A DNA stretch of 56,338 nucleotides, counting the filler, from Sphacelaria rigidula (Eukaryota), in NCBI GenBank assembly GCA_964200075.2. It is 6 parts of 6 records of this genome, joined end to end, with 100 filler letters (N's around TTAATTAATTAA, not from the genome) between each part and the next. Parts side by side here need not be neighbours in the genome. Positions count along the whole stretch, not along the records: positions 28,221 to 37,526 come from CAXNAA020008792.1; positions 37,627 to 46,932 come from CAXNAA020008793.1; positions 47,033 to 56,338 come from CAXNAA020008794.1; 3 more parts are not named here. One strand, 5' to 3'. The position numbers and the translations under genes are program-made. Below, piece by piece: positions 37,339 through 50,111 of the stretch. The notes under the pieces are model-generated. The model did no database searches, was not told the origin of the DNA, and saw only the letters and a list, made by a program, of their open reading frames with translations. Every line of letters starts with the position of its first letter. Position 1 is the first letter of the stretch.

Positions 37339-37526
37339 AGTCATCCTACGATAGGGGGGGGGGTATTATGGGCCATTTGTTGCACGAAATTCCAGGTCAA
37401 ATCGTCGTTAAAAGCAGGAACGGTTGCTCGAATAAGCTTGTTATAGATGAGTGACGCTCATTCATGCCGATTGACACCGTTTTGAACCAAATACAAGCGC
37501 ACCGCGAGTGTGGCAGGTCGTCTGAC
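37339..37526. mobile_element. MITE-like repeat, homolog of 12307-12550, truncated by contig end
   Basis: AGTCAT.CTACGATAGG...GGGTATT.TGGGCCATT...ACGCTCAT.CAT...TACAAGCGCAC.GCGAGTGTG shared in order. Confidence 0.65.
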
Positions 37527-37626
37527 NNNNNNNNNNNNNNNNNNNNNNNNNNNNNNNNNNNNNNNNNNNNTTAATTAATTAANNNNNNNNNNNNNNNNNN
37601 NNNNNNNNNNNNNNNNNNNNNNNNNN
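37527..37626. other. Artificial contig linker
   Basis: Same spacer. Confidence 0.98.
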
Positions 37627-39351
37627 CCACCCCACTATGGCATGCATGATCATGAGTACACCCACCCCGCTCTCGACGTCAGCAGCCCAAAACCGAGGAG
37701 TTTTGATGGGTCAGTTGTTCTTGCGGCCGTAGGGGAGCAAATTTGCCGTCAGGATAACGACTTTCGAGTCGCGGTGATCACTGGATAATGAGTATTGAGT
37801 CGCGTTAGCTTCGGCGAGATCGGGGGTCACCGACTTCGTATTTCCGCCAAGCTGCTACAGTGGTACGGCCGCCATACTGGGGAGGGCTGTGTACGACGAG
37901 TGGTTCTGTGCTACTACCGAATGATATGTAATATCTTGTGCAATATACATGTCGTGCTTGTGATGTATCCTGACTTCGGGAATACCAACCAGCATTGAAA
38001 TCTCATGATATTCTATATATGTAAAGTACTTGTATGTGAATTTTATATGATGACGTCGTTTGCCCGCGTTTGAGCAGACGGCGACGTTCATCCAACGTGC
38101 ATCTCTTCATGTCGTCATCATACTGCACTGCGACACCACACAGGGAGAGGTTGCAACGGGAATGTTTTATTATTTATTTTATTTTACTTTTATTTACTTT
38201 TTCATTTTTACACATTATCGCAGTACAGCAAGTACTATCGCCATCATCCAACGATCAGGGGGTACCCCCCATCAAAATTGGGTAACCCCTCCTCCTGCCC
38301 CAGAATGGGGTTTTAGCGACAAGGGGGGCCCTGGTGCCGTGGCATTCCGATGTAGGGCCCCTTGATTGGGCGGTTGCTGTGGAAGGCCGATAGTGGTCAA
38401 AAAGGGGATACATGGGACAGTATAGGGTACAGGACAAGACACAACACAATATAGGGTACAGGATAGGTAGACTTAGAGTGAGACGAAGTGTTACTTCTCT
38501 GGTGTCAAAAAAGTTCACCGCGAAATTCGAAAAATTGAGCGGCGCGTGGTCTGTGGCCTGTGATGACAAAGCCCTGGCCGGCCCAGCTCGCAGTAGTTTT
38601 TGGTGGGTATACCTACCTATTATTATCGGACGAAATAGGGTACTCTGCGAGGCCCTGTTCCCTACTCTCTCTGCTGTTCAGTCCTAAATCACGCTCCTCT
38701 TTCGGAAAAGTTTATGTGCACATGCTCTTCGTGGGCTGTGGATGCCTTGTCTTCGCGTCGGGACCGATTTTTTGGTGGTTTGGGTCTAGCACAGATAGCT
38801 CTAACTTGGGCGTTTACCTGTACCTACTTCTGGGCTGAAACAAAACGTGTTGACGCGGTTATTTGTCTTTTTTTGCCCTTTTACATATATATATCATGTT
38901 CCATCCGATCACTCGGATGTACCATGACCCACCAAACACAATCACTTATTATATCATTTGTCCACGACTAAAAATCCCCAAAACAACCAAAAATTCACCC
39001 CATTATAACCTTCCCATCAGACTCATTCCTCAAAACCCCCAAATCAATTAAAAAATCCTACACCAAGCTCCATTATAATATACAAGTACCTCGCTCGTTG
39101 ATGCAGACGGGAACTGGCGACCACGCATTTTTGATCTCGGACCTGAGAAATCCTTGGTGGCGAATGAAAGTATGCTGAAACTAGATGCGCCTGTTGAGGC
39201 TTCAGAGCATGACGGTTTGCTCTACCTTGCTCTATCGTTTGAAAGTGCTGGCGCGTGTGGTCCGGAGTTGCTAAGCTCAAGGTGAAAGTCACGATCGTAT
39301 CGAGGTTGCGGCAGCATACAAGCGCAGCTGCCTATACCAGAGCAGGGAACA

Positions 39352-39609
39352 ATGAGGTGTGGTCTGGTATGTGTTGTCCTGGGGATGCCCAGCGTGACGG
39401 CTTTCCTCTCACCTGGGCTGCGCGCAGCTTTGAATGCATCACCACAGCAACATGGAGAGTGTTCGACCAAAAGGAGAGGAGGCGAGGTAAAAATGAGCGG
39501 CGGAAACGCAGCATCACCCGTGAATACCGCGGAAACATTGCAGCGCACTTCTGAATTGGCCATCGAAGGAATTGGGAAGACGAAGAAGCTGGCGCTGTTG
39601 GGATCCACG
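39352..39609 (+). CDS. dxr: 1-deoxy-D-xylulose 5-phosphate reductoisomerase, exon 1 (bipartite plastid-targeting presequence)
   Basis: MRCGLVCVVLGMPSVTA|FLSP (signal peptide plus ASAFAP-like Phe), then a transit-like region and KKLALLGST; ACG|gtaggt donor. Confidence 0.92.
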
Positions 39610-40173
39610 GTAGGTTGGAGAGTCGTTGTAAGATCGAAGGAACTTTCATCATGCCCTTGTCCCGTTGCCGCTTCTGCACGTGAGTTTGATATGAGCACTC
39701 CGTGCGCACCAGGAGCTCGCAGAGATGTTCCGCAAGTCAACGATGCTGCTAAATACCTACCCAATCCTTCGTGTACTGTGGGAAGAAATCAAACTTTCCG
39801 CTGTCACGTTGCGCGTTCATTTTGTCGACGTTGAAGCCGCATATCTTTTGGGCCGTTTTCAGTTCACGAGGAAAGAGGACCATGCATCCTACACTGAACT
39901 CAGCACAGACGAAAACATGGAACGCTGGCTCCAGTGAGTGGTACATTACATGAATGCAGAAGAGACGTGACACTGAGCGTTCGGTGCTGTACTCAGAGCA
40001 CTGACTGTACTATTTTTTGTCTGACCCTGATATCCAGTCATCATATTCCATCATGTGTTGAGTGTACTGCTCTCATCACACTCTTTTGGAGCTGGTATCG
40101 TGTCCAGTCAGTCAACGATGACATAGATAAACCTGATGTACCTGCTTGAAAGTATTCCGTATTTGCTCTTCAG

Positions 40174-40292
40174 GGTTCCATCGGCACACAGACACTCGAC
40201 ATATGCCACGAGCGGCCGGAACACTTCGACGTCGTGTCACTCGCGGCTGGCTCCAACATAGATCTTCTGGCGGAGCAGATTGCCGTATTCAA
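40174..40292 (+). CDS. dxr: DXR exon 2
   Basis: cttcag|[39 protein letters not shown](K)|gtgaga; completes the diagnostic [17 protein letters not shown]-binding motif. Confidence 0.96.
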
Positions 40293-41093
40293 GTGAGAAA
40301 AAAAATGTATCCACTTTTTGGACTGCACCTTTCAGTGACGTGCATGTTGTGTTGCCTCACCCAATATCTGCTGGTTGATCAGCGCTATCCGTGTGCACAA
40401 CGAGCAGTACATCAATCGGTTGCTGGGATACCTCAGTAGGCTGAAGCGTTTACTTTACCCACATGATGTACCGTGCGAATGGTACAGTATCTGTAAACGG
40501 TACTCCTGTCATGTCACCACCTCGTATCGTCTAGTCAGTAAGTTCTGCACAGGTACAACACTCACTGCTTTATTTCTAAGCTGTTCAGCACATGAACGTC
40601 ATTCATCCATTTCACCAAGGTCATCTTCGAGCATTGGCTTCGGCGTCACACGTGGCGATAATATTTATCCGAGATATGGTTTGTCGAGATGAACATCTGG
40701 GTAGTCGCAGTCTGACGATGCACGCAGAATCTATCGTCTCGAATTGCGCGTGTTCTGATGTGCTTTCCTCAGGCTTGACAGATGGGACATGGTAAGGTTG
40801 GAAAGGTACCCAACTGAAGAACTGCGAAGTCATTCCGAAAATTGCGGCACAATTATCTGCAAGGTTGATCGTTGATAGTTGCAGCATGTGCTTCGCTCCT
40901 CATGGCCGATGTACTCGGTGTACACACAGACAACAGTACAGTCTGCGCGAGCGGCTTGATCGCGTGTAGCGCAAATGTTGCCGATGGGTCCGTCGGTGCG
41001 GTAGCGTTTATGAAAGAACTTTTACACGTTGTTCTTCGTCTTCCCACCCGCCGAACATACCTTCATGGCCACTGCTCGACGCCGATTGCGCAG

Positions 41094-41172
41094 GCCGAAG
41101 ATGGCGTCGGTCGCTAGTGAGAAGCTCATACCTGCGCTTCGGGAGCGATTGTCTGATAGAGGGATGAAAGAG
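41094..41172 (+). CDS. dxr: DXR exon 3 (remaining exons not found in this contig)
   Basis: gcgcag|G CCG AAG gives (K)PKMASVASEKLIPALRERLSDRGMKE|gtgaga; the phase-2 join matches exon 2 and the F.P..V.V pattern of DXR. Confidence 0.85.
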
Positions 41173-42176
41173 GTGAGATAGTTGAATTGGAGTCCTTGAG
41201 AAGATGATAGACTGCTCGCATAAGCTGAAGAAGGTCGGTCGATCCAGGATTCCTCCGAACAGCCGGTACTCTTCGTCTGACAGGTGGCTACAGGGGGGAC
41301 TCCCGTCTACACCGAAATATTTGGTGTCCTTTGCTTGGTATGGCGAGCGCTCTCTTATGTGTAGGGCAAATTTCATCCTTGCCCAATATGGTATTATATT
41401 TGTAAAGCTGAGGGCTGTGTCTTTATTCGAAGTGGCGTGTGAGGAACGACGCCCTATAATAGCATTCGCGGAGAAATCCGCCTCGATTCGGAAATGCAGC
41501 ATGTCAGAACGGAATAGAAATCATCTAGGGCCGTTACACGACTCAATTGACAAATTCTTTCGTGTATTCTACCCGTGCTGCGCTGCGCTGGGCTAGGCAG
41601 TGCGAAAACTCTTTAATAGGTGTGCGTAGGTTGGACCTTGGCCTCACGTAACGAGCTGTTGGGAAAGCTGAGACGTGCAACTTATTTCGAAACCGTCAAG
41701 GCGAGGCAAATCCGTTGACCTCGAGGGGGAAGTTCGCTGTGACCCACAAAAAAACTTTCAACATATCCAAGCAGCACCTACGTATGTGAAATACGAGTTG
41801 ACACTGACCGTCTGTTGTGTCCTGCTTTGATATGTTGGAAATTGACGTCGTGGGTCATTACGGATTTTCTGCTCGAATACGTCGGCTTACTCTCGTCTCC
41901 ACAGCTTCAACGGAAGATACAGCTCTCAGCTTTTCCATGAGCTTTTTGTATTAGCCAAAGGTTGACCTCACGCGAAACTAAAGCGCCTGCACAACCCCGC
42001 CCAATACGAGGGAGGTGCGGGAGAACACTTGGTTGTATATCTTGCAACTGCACCAGAATCGGTGCTTTTTGACATGTTATGAATTGGTTTTCGTAAGGCC
42101 GCGTCTTCGCAGATTTTGTATCAATCGAAAAAGTATGGCGCAAAAGAACTTTATCTGAGTCTGAGACCAACTCCTA

Positions 42177-42746
42177 TGGGAGCCGTTCAAAATTCCTGTC
42201 GAGAACTGCCTTTTGGGCCCTTCTCCGTCGATTCACGTTCGAAAAGGGGGCTAGGCGGGTGTTGACGCCTCGGAATGACTTGCTCTACTCCTTAAGACCG
42301 TTCTAGGGCAACTCTGCTTTTCACGCAGGCCGCACTTTTGTGTTGAACCAAATCAGCTGAAACACGAATTTTCAGTGAAAAAAGGTCAGGTGATGGAAAA
42401 ATTCCCCAGTATTTTGATCGCTTGACCGTTTTTCACTGAAAATCCGTGTTGAAAATAAAAGTGCGACCAGCGGGAAATGCAGAGTTGCCCTGAAACGGTC
42501 TCAAAGAGTAGAGCAAGTCTGTTTTTTTATCGCTTGACCGTTTTTGATTGAAAGTTCGTGTTTGGCCTGATTTGGCCAAAAACAAAAGTGCGGCCAGCGG
42601 GAAAAGCACAGGTGGCCAGAAAGGGTCTCAACGAGTAGAGCAAGTCATTCCAAGGCGTCAACACCCGCCTAGCCCTCTTTTCAGGCGTAAAACGACGGAG
42701 GAGGGCCAAAAAGGCAGTTTCAAACAGGAATTTTGAGAGGCTCCCA
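42177..42746. mobile_element. Foldback MITE, TA-flanked (Tc1/mariner-type ends), copy 1
   Basis: TA|TGGGAGCCGTTCAAAATTCCTG...CAGGAATTTTGAGAGGCTCCCA|TA; ~210-bp inverted arms with an internal partial duplication of the right arm. Confidence 0.82.
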
Positions 42747-42751
42747 TAAGA

Positions 42752-43542
42752 GCCGGTCTTGGCACTTTTTTTTCCGATCGAAAAATGAGGCGGTGGAATC
42801 GATTTGAGCGAAAAATTCTCGTTTTGATGCAGTTGGGTGCAGAAAGATTTTCAAGCTTTCGATCGAAAAAAAACAGGGAAATTCGTGAAGCCGTACATGG
42901 TCACTCGTGTACAGTACAGACAGTCTGTACTGTCTGCACTGCTTGCAAGCAGTGTCTTGCGTGCGTGTGTGCGTGGTTCGTACAGGAGGATATAGAAGAG
43001 AATCAGGCAACGTGCAGCGCAGACAGCCCAGGACCATCAGTTCTCTCTGCTTGCAATGCGATTTGAAGAGGACTTCAGCAACGTGCAGCTTTGTACTGCC
43101 TGTACTGTCCATGAGCGTGCACGCAACTCGGTGGGCCACCATACCACGCAGTTCCGTCGCTGATCCCTACCATGAGAGAAGATGCGCAAGTTTTCGCCAA
43201 CAAAAATGGACGAAGCACACCCAACTACTGCAGTGTATCTACCCCTGGACTCAACTCGTGCTCTATGCTGCAGGGTTGCGGTGGTAGCTGAGGATGGTCC
43301 TGTGAACAGGTGTTATCTGGCGTGGTGGTCTGTAAGGTAGGAGTCGCGTGCCGCTTCGTGCCTTTCGACCGCATGTTTTCGATCGAAAATGATTGTCTTC
43401 CACCTCGACCTATTTTTATCCGCGCGCTGCTAATTGTAATTTTGAGTTGAAGCCTTCTGGGAAATAAATGCAGTGGACCTATCAGATCGGCGAAAAAAAC
43501 GACCGCATTTTTTCGATCGGAAAAAAAAGGCTTGGGCCAACC
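42752..43542. mobile_element. Second non-autonomous TIR element family (TTTTTTCCGATCGAAAAA near both ends)
   Basis: Inverted terminal motif at ~42766 and ~43508-43528; the body is homologous in reverse orientation to ~44400-44860 and ~46140-46620. Confidence 0.65.
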
Positions 43543-43546
43543 TAAA

Positions 43547-44006
43547 TGGGAGCCGTTCACAATTCTGTAGAAAACTGCCTTTTGGGCTCTTCTTCGCCGA
43601 TTCACGCCCGAAAAGAGGACTTGGCGGGCGTTGACGCATTGGAATGACTTGCTTTACTCGTTGCTTTACTCGTTGAGACCTTTTTACGGCAACTTTGCAT
43701 TTCCCGCTGGCCGCACTTCGGTTTTTGGCCAAACGAGGCCAAACACGGATTCTCAGTAAAAAACGGTCAGGTGATCAAAATATCCCCCTGTTTTTACATC
43801 GCTTGACCGATTTTTGTTGGAAATCCGTGTTCGGCCGAAAATGAAAGTGCGGCCAGCGGGGGATGCAAAGTTGCCCTGTAACGGCCTCAATGAGTAGAGT
43901 AAGTCATTCCAAGGCGTCACCATCCCCCTAGCCCTCTTTTCAGGTGTAAAACGACGGAGAAGGGCCAAAAAGGCAGTTTTGAACAGGAATTTTGAACGGC
44001 TCCCCG
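43547..44006. mobile_element. Foldback MITE, copy 2 of the 42177-42746 family
   Basis: TGGGAGCCGTTCACAATTCTG...CAGGAATTTTGAACGGCTCCCCG|TA; palindromic over nearly its whole length. Confidence 0.82.
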
Positions 44007-44399
44007 TAGAGTCGGTGTAGGACACGCCCTGATAGATCAACCGCATCTCTGTTCCTAGCTGGTTTCAACTATTTGTATCATTAGTCGTGCGCGGACAGGA
44101 GGGGAAAAAAAACGAAGATCGTGTCTTATCAAAGGAAAATCGACTCGAAAATATGCGGTCGCATCGAATTGGTCGCTACGAGGCCGTATCGGATACGCCC
44201 ACGGCATTTATGCTCTCAGATGGCCTTTGGTCCATTTTAAAATCAGTTGCGCGCGACGGGCAGGGTCAAAAACAGAAGAGCTTGGCTTTTTCGAGCAAAA
44301 CGAGCGGCGGAATGAACGAAGCGGCACGTAATTCTTGCGTCGCAGACAACCGTGCCAGATACTACCCTTTCACAGAATTACGCGAAACCCATATGATTC

Positions 44400-44860
44400 A
44401 GTCGCAGCTACCTACTCAACCCTTCGGCATAGATCACGAACTGAGCGTAGGGATATATACACTGCGGTGATAAGAAACCGACACCACCGAACTTATTGCT
44501 CGATGTGCTTCTTCTTGTTGGCGAAAACTTGGGCATCTAATTTTGTGGCAGGGACCACCGACTTTATTGCGTGTTGGGGTGGGCTACCGAATTGCCAACG
44601 CGCTCATGGACAGTAGAGGCGGTGCAAAACTGCTCGTGGTTCAAATCTGCTTGGTATCCTCCTATCTGCAGAGAGTCAGAAAGCCGTGCTGTCTGTATGT
44701 CGCGTTGCCCGCTCATTTTTCACATCGCGCCTGCATGCTTTGCGAAACACATGAACTATGTAGACAGTAAGTACAGGTCGTACCTGTTGTTGTACGGTCT
44801 GTACCGTCTGTACTGTCCTGCTATCTATTGAATATAAGTACTGCTTCACGAATTCGCTGA
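44400..44860 (-). repeat. Diverged inverted copy of the 42752-43542 element body
   Basis: Shares GCTAC...ACACTGCGGT, TTGTTGGCGAAAACTTG.GCATC and GCTCATGGACAGTA.AGGC with the reverse complement of 42880-43290. Confidence 0.6.
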
Positions 44861-46139
44861 GCCTTTTTTATTCAAAGCGTGCAAAATCGCTCGAACCTAA
44901 ACATAGCAAGGCGAACTGAATTAATTCCGCCGCACGAACTGGTTCGAGCCGAAGAAAATTTCAGCACATGTCGGTGGGTCCATGCGTACGGGCCGAATTT
45001 CATAACGCATACACTAATTTCAAGTACTTTAATTTAAATTGTTATCAGTCCCTCCACGTCTGATAACGCATTTCAAAACGCAAATTTAATTTCAATATGG
45101 ACACCGTCACACTTGTGTTCACCGGCCTTCTGCCGCCCGCAGCCGCATTACAGGATCGTGCTGTGGAGAGATGATATCCAGGACGGTAACGGCTTCACAA
45201 GGAGTGCTTTGTCTTTCTGTATACGGGTTGGTGTATAAAACGTTCGCTATGAGTGTCGTTGTGCCTGCGGTGCGGTTGCGGTGGCCAGGGTTGGCGTTGC
45301 AGTCTCCATTTGCACTCAACTTGCTCCTCCTCCTGTACCCCCCAGAGCTTTGGATACGGGCCGGGCATGAAATAAGACGGTGCTATCGCCGTCATTGTGC
45401 GTTGTTTCATGCTCTCGGACGGTACAAGCCCGAGAAAAGGACTATATCAGCATCAGTGCTGCTGGCTCCCTGTTGTTGGCCGTCATACTTTTGTTCTTGA
45501 TGGCTCGTTTTGATCGGTGCCGTACAGACAGTACTCACGCGATGCCCACCGCCTGGCCAGGGTTGGGGCATCTTGCGGTAAAGATCCAGTCGGTGCCGCG
45601 CCAGAAATTATTCAGAGATGCAATGGCGAAGACGACCAAGTACTAAACACAGCGAACATAGGACAGCTAACGTAAACACGTATCTCTCTTGCGTGTGCGA
45701 CCCCGTGTGCTAGAGCACCGCCCCCTTTCGAAGGTGTACCACAAGCTTGCTTCATGGTGACATGATGCTTGTGACAAGATCATCGAGATACTGTACTGTT
45801 CTGGGCTGTAGTCAGCTGGTGGAGAGAAATGAAGGTCAGACCGGGCCTCGACATGAATAAGAAACGGAACAATGCAACCTTGTTGACCTTTTTGCAGTAC
45901 ATGAGGCTTGAGTAGCGCACGTGTGTACACCAACACAGAAATCCCGGGTTAAATCCGTTCGAGAATCATAGATAACAACGAAAAAATATCTTATTTGAAT
46001 TTGCGTATTTCATAACGACCCGAACCCATAAAGTCGGTGCTACACGCGAAAAAAAGGCACGAAGCGGCACTTGACTCATATCTTGCACACCACCACGCCA
46101 GATCACACCCTTTCACACAACCATGCAAACCCCACACAG

Positions 46140-46620
46140 TTCATTCTCAGCCACCACCGCGCAGGGATGGACACACTGCGGTAGTTGAGTACGATTTGCG
46201 TATTTCTTGTTGGCGAAAACTCAAGTATCTTCGTTCATGGATCGGCCACGGAAGTGCGTGGTAGGGTGGGCGACTCACTTGCATCCAGGCTCATGTAAGG
46301 TGTAGGCACTACAGAGCTGCACGTTGTTTGAGTCCTCTTCACGTCGCATTCTCAACAGAGAGTATACAGATAGTCCTGCGCTGTCTGTACTGCACGTTTC
46401 CTGCTTCTCTTTGACATCCTTGTATGCGAAATACGCACACGCACACTGACTCACGCTGTATGCAGACAGAGCAGACAATACAGTACTGTCCATCATCTAC
46501 CGTTTCACGATTTTCACCATCTTTTTTCGATCGAAAGCATATTGATTCGCTTGGATTCAACTCGCGAAAAATGAACGAAGTCGCTCAAATCAATTCCACC
46601 GCTCATTTTTTCGATTTAAT
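46140..46620 (-). repeat. Inverted copy of the 42752-43542 element body
   Basis: Colinear with the reverse complement of 42775-43295 (GCTGCACGTTG..TGAGTCCTCTTCA; TTTTTTCGATCGAAAGC; CGCTCAAATC.ATTCCACCGC). Confidence 0.72.
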
Positions 46621-46932
46621 ATAATTTGCTATTAATATGAATAAGACACGCCCTCAGCTCGTTTTGCTGTGTTTGAGTCCGAGCGAATTTCGCACGCTCC
46701 CGATCGGACGACGGTGGAATTCCTAAAGCGGCACTTGTTCACTTGTATCCAATACAGATCGCACAGCGCTGTCTGTACTGTCTGCACAGATAGTGTGTGT
46801 GTTTTGTACAGGAGATGTGGAGAAGGGAGTAACGTGCAGTACAGACAGCACAAAGATGCCCATACTCTCTTCATATACAAGGATAGAGTGATGCTACGGT
46901 AGGGGTACAGAAATAATTTCTGAGATTAGAAT

Positions 46933-47032
46933 NNNNNNNNNNNNNNNNNNNNNNNNNNNNNNNNNNNNNNNNNNNNTTAATTAATTAANNNNNNNNNNNN
47001 NNNNNNNNNNNNNNNNNNNNNNNNNNNNNNNN
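46933..47032. other. Artificial contig linker
   Basis: Same spacer. Confidence 0.98.
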
Positions 47033-47410
47033 CCTCATCCCACCAGTTTGCTGCTCTGTTGAATACTATCAGTTTCCTCCCTATGACTTTCCTTGGTGTG
47101 TTCTCGACCAGCTGCTCCCATCCTTCTACAATCTTCGCTCCTGCCGATTTCTTTCCATTTCGGTATCAACTGTACCTACTGTTCGGAAAATTTCACTGCA
47201 TTTTTGGCCATCTCTTCTTGGATTTCTTGCCGTTTCTCTTTCATATCTACTTATCGATTCTCCATTTGTACAACTTCCTACCCCGCCTATTTTCTTTTAG
47301 CTCTCGTTGTTGGCCTTCTGTCCATATTAGGCAGTGATGTGTCGTTCCCACGTCCTCCGCGCATACATGTACTTCCATTTCTTCACTATTTCCGTGCTCT
47401 ACCACTATAT
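47033..47410 (-). mobile_element. LINE ORF2 fragment, same family as 3880-5313
   Basis: YIVVEHGNSEEMEVHVCAEDVGTTHHCLIWTEGQQ aligns with VVQHGNSKKMGVSVCVEDGGTTDHCLIWTESQQ at ~3980-4080; DNA is colinear to ~4365. Confidence 0.9.
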
Positions 47411-48322
47411 ACCGGGGAGGGGGGGGTGATCGGTTAAGACCACGGAATCGTCCCGACGAAGGGGAGGGGCTGGAATTATGACAAAAAAAATACGTTTGAC
47501 CAAGAGCGATCGTTTCGATAAGACTCGTCAAATTAGACTGCAAGAATGCCGCTCTTTGCGATTGCCCTATATCCGGCACCACTTGGTTATTATCCATTCG
47601 TGGTCCATATCCATGGTTGCGTTTGGTCCGGATCGAACGGTGCGGTTGCTTCTATAGTAAATGTTTTACATAAGTGGCGTGCCAGGCAAGATGCAGAAGT
47701 TCTGGTTATGTTTGGCAATGCAAAATATCAAGACGGGTCAACTCGTACTAGGCGCAAAGCCAGAGGCAACATTAGTGACATAATCTTGATACTACCATGT
47801 ATGAGCAGCACGTACTGCATGCCTATGATCAATTTTGCCATTGGGACCAATCCTGCATCATGCGTAGTACCTCGCTGGTGCAGAGGCGAGAGAGGTGCAC
47901 GTAGCTTCTGTTTTCCTCGTCTTGTTGGTCGCTGTTGAGGATGCCCATTGGGGTTCGTCGATTCCACCTCTTTTGCATCACTGACCGAAATATAAAGGCG
48001 ACAATCAGCAACACGTTCAGTGCAAAACGGGGAAGAAACATCGTGTAAAAGACCATATCATACACGTGATTTACCATCCAACGTTGCCCATGTAATGTTC
48101 GAGCAGGTCTGGATCTATTTCTCTTCACTGCTATTGCATGTTGGGATGATGAGCACGTAGAGTACGATCCCAAGGCGTCAGCGGTGACCCGATCAGCTCA
48201 CTGATCCGCTTAGCAGCCAGGCTTTAGAGCTAAAAGTACGCAGTAGGACACAGCTCCGTACGTGTAGAGACACGACCCGAAGTACGATCGTAGAGTCAAT
48301 ATTCCCGTTTCATTCCCCATAC

Positions 48323-48413
48323 CTCGGTAGTCGTCCCAGCGCGCCTCAGTCCTGGCCAAAGTCAGTTCTTTTCGTGCGACATATTCCCGTATTTGAGACG
48401 TTTTCCTCAACAC
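48323..48413 (-). CDS. Probable further exon of the minus-strand EF-hand-like gene
   Basis: ttccatag|GTG acceptor in phase 0 (RERAK-VLRKTSQIREYVARKELTLARTEARWDDYR); possible GAG|gtatgg donor. Confidence 0.45.
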
Positions 48414-49061
48414 CTATGGAAAGAGGAGTCTGGGTACAGTGCAGTTTGTGTATGTACTTTTTAGCATTTGTAAGCTGAGCTGCAGAGGTCGCCGATCCAA
48501 TCCCACTCATCGGGAAATCAGCGGCATTGTGTAGCATTACAGGGCACACACTTGCGGGCAACGTAGTTTATGGTCGCGTTTGGCGCCTCTCACACATGTC
48601 TTCGTTAATACGGTCAATAAAGAGTTCCGAAACACGCGGTCCGGAATGGACATAGCAATACGATAATGACTTTTTCTCTGTAATTGTGCTGTTTCGTACA
48701 ATAGGGGAATCGGTCTGCCCCACCAAGAGTGATGCGTCTAAAGACTAGCCTATGTCCACACGTCACTGATCCATCGTCCGGTTTCCCAAAAAACATGGTC
48801 CAATGAACACAGCAACGGCAGAGTACAATCAACGAGCAGTCCGCTCCATGCAGTCAGCTGGGGGGGGAGAGCACGTCGAATTTCGATGAAAGCCGAACAG
48901 AAATTGGAGGGAAATTAGACGAGAACATTTTCGCGACTTCGTTATGGCCTGCGATTCTTATACCACTGCGTGGGGTGAACAACGTTTCTGGTACACCCTA
49001 AGGCCGTAAACGAAGCATGCTCGGTGAAACTATTCGTGTAGCAGTTCAAGCGTTAGCGCAC

Positions 49062-50111
49062 CTTTGCCCGCTCTCTTTGACGCTCGTATTTTTCATTGGA
49101 AGCAGCTTCGCAGGCACGTGGTGTTGGTGCCGAAACCCCCGCTACCTCTTGTCGAGTTTCCCCTGCATCGAGTCCATCTGCTCCGTTCTCGCCATCACCA
49201 AGGGTATTGTCAAACCTCTCACTCTCCTGCTTTGCTGAGACCGCCTCGCTTTCGGTGACCGCCTCGAGCGAAGCATGACCGGCCATGCCGGTGGCTCCAG
49301 GGTCTACGGGCGCAGAAGATTGCGACTGGGCGCTCGGTACAACAGTATCGCGTTTCTTGCTCACATATTGCTCTTGCTGCAACAGGGAAGTTGACGGTGT
49401 TCTTTGTGAACTGAAGTGTCCATCGGGTTCGCGAGCAAGGATGATGCCTTTGGTTACAGCCAGGTAGTGTTTTTGCGTCGCAGCTGACGCCGGCGCAGGT
49501 CGCGCGGAGCACTCTTCGGCACCCAAATCTGAACTCGCCTCTTCTGAGGGCGCACTGAATGGGATCTTTGTTTTGGCAATGTCGCCGACGGGAACAGCGT
49601 CAGCAAGGCCACCGTCAGATGCTGCTCGTGCCGAGAACGAAGACATATTTTGTTGGTCATATGAATATACGTTGCCAGGCAGGCAATAGGTGGAGATGGT
49701 GGTATCTCTGCTATCCCGCAAACTTTGCTCATATTTTTCGGGGGTCCAGGAGTCAGCCATGCAGGATGTCGGATATTTGTCGGCGACCGTTGCCATGAGT
49801 ATCTTCCTTCGGTATGCCGACAGTTGAGTCAAGAAGTGAGGCACAGCGTCAGGCGCTATTTCGTCGACTGCTGTTGCTGGAGGGTTCGGTTCTGAACCAT
49901 TGGGTACGGAACCGCATGGTTTCAGACGGATAGAAGCCCCGCGGGATTCGTCGCCCCCCCAACGCCGCCACGCCCCCTCGCCCCGCAAAGCTCGAAAAAG
50001 GCGTTCTCGCTGCGTCTTGGTCGAGCAGCATGCCAGGATCGCGCTAGTGAAGGCGTTCAGAGTAAGCAGCCCGCTGACTGCATCCGCCTCACCAGATACC
50101 ATACGGTGCAC
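49062..50111 (-). CDS. Large exon (350 aa) of an uncharacterised protein: second half of an EF-hand-like pair plus a long S/A/P-rich region
   Basis: 1050-nt open frame bounded by cttaccgcag|GTG and AAG|gtgcgc, both phase 0. Confidence 0.72.

Noticed and set aside
31659-41172. Functional clustering of the AAA ATPase and dxr genes
   Set aside because: They lie on different contigs separated by an artificial linker.
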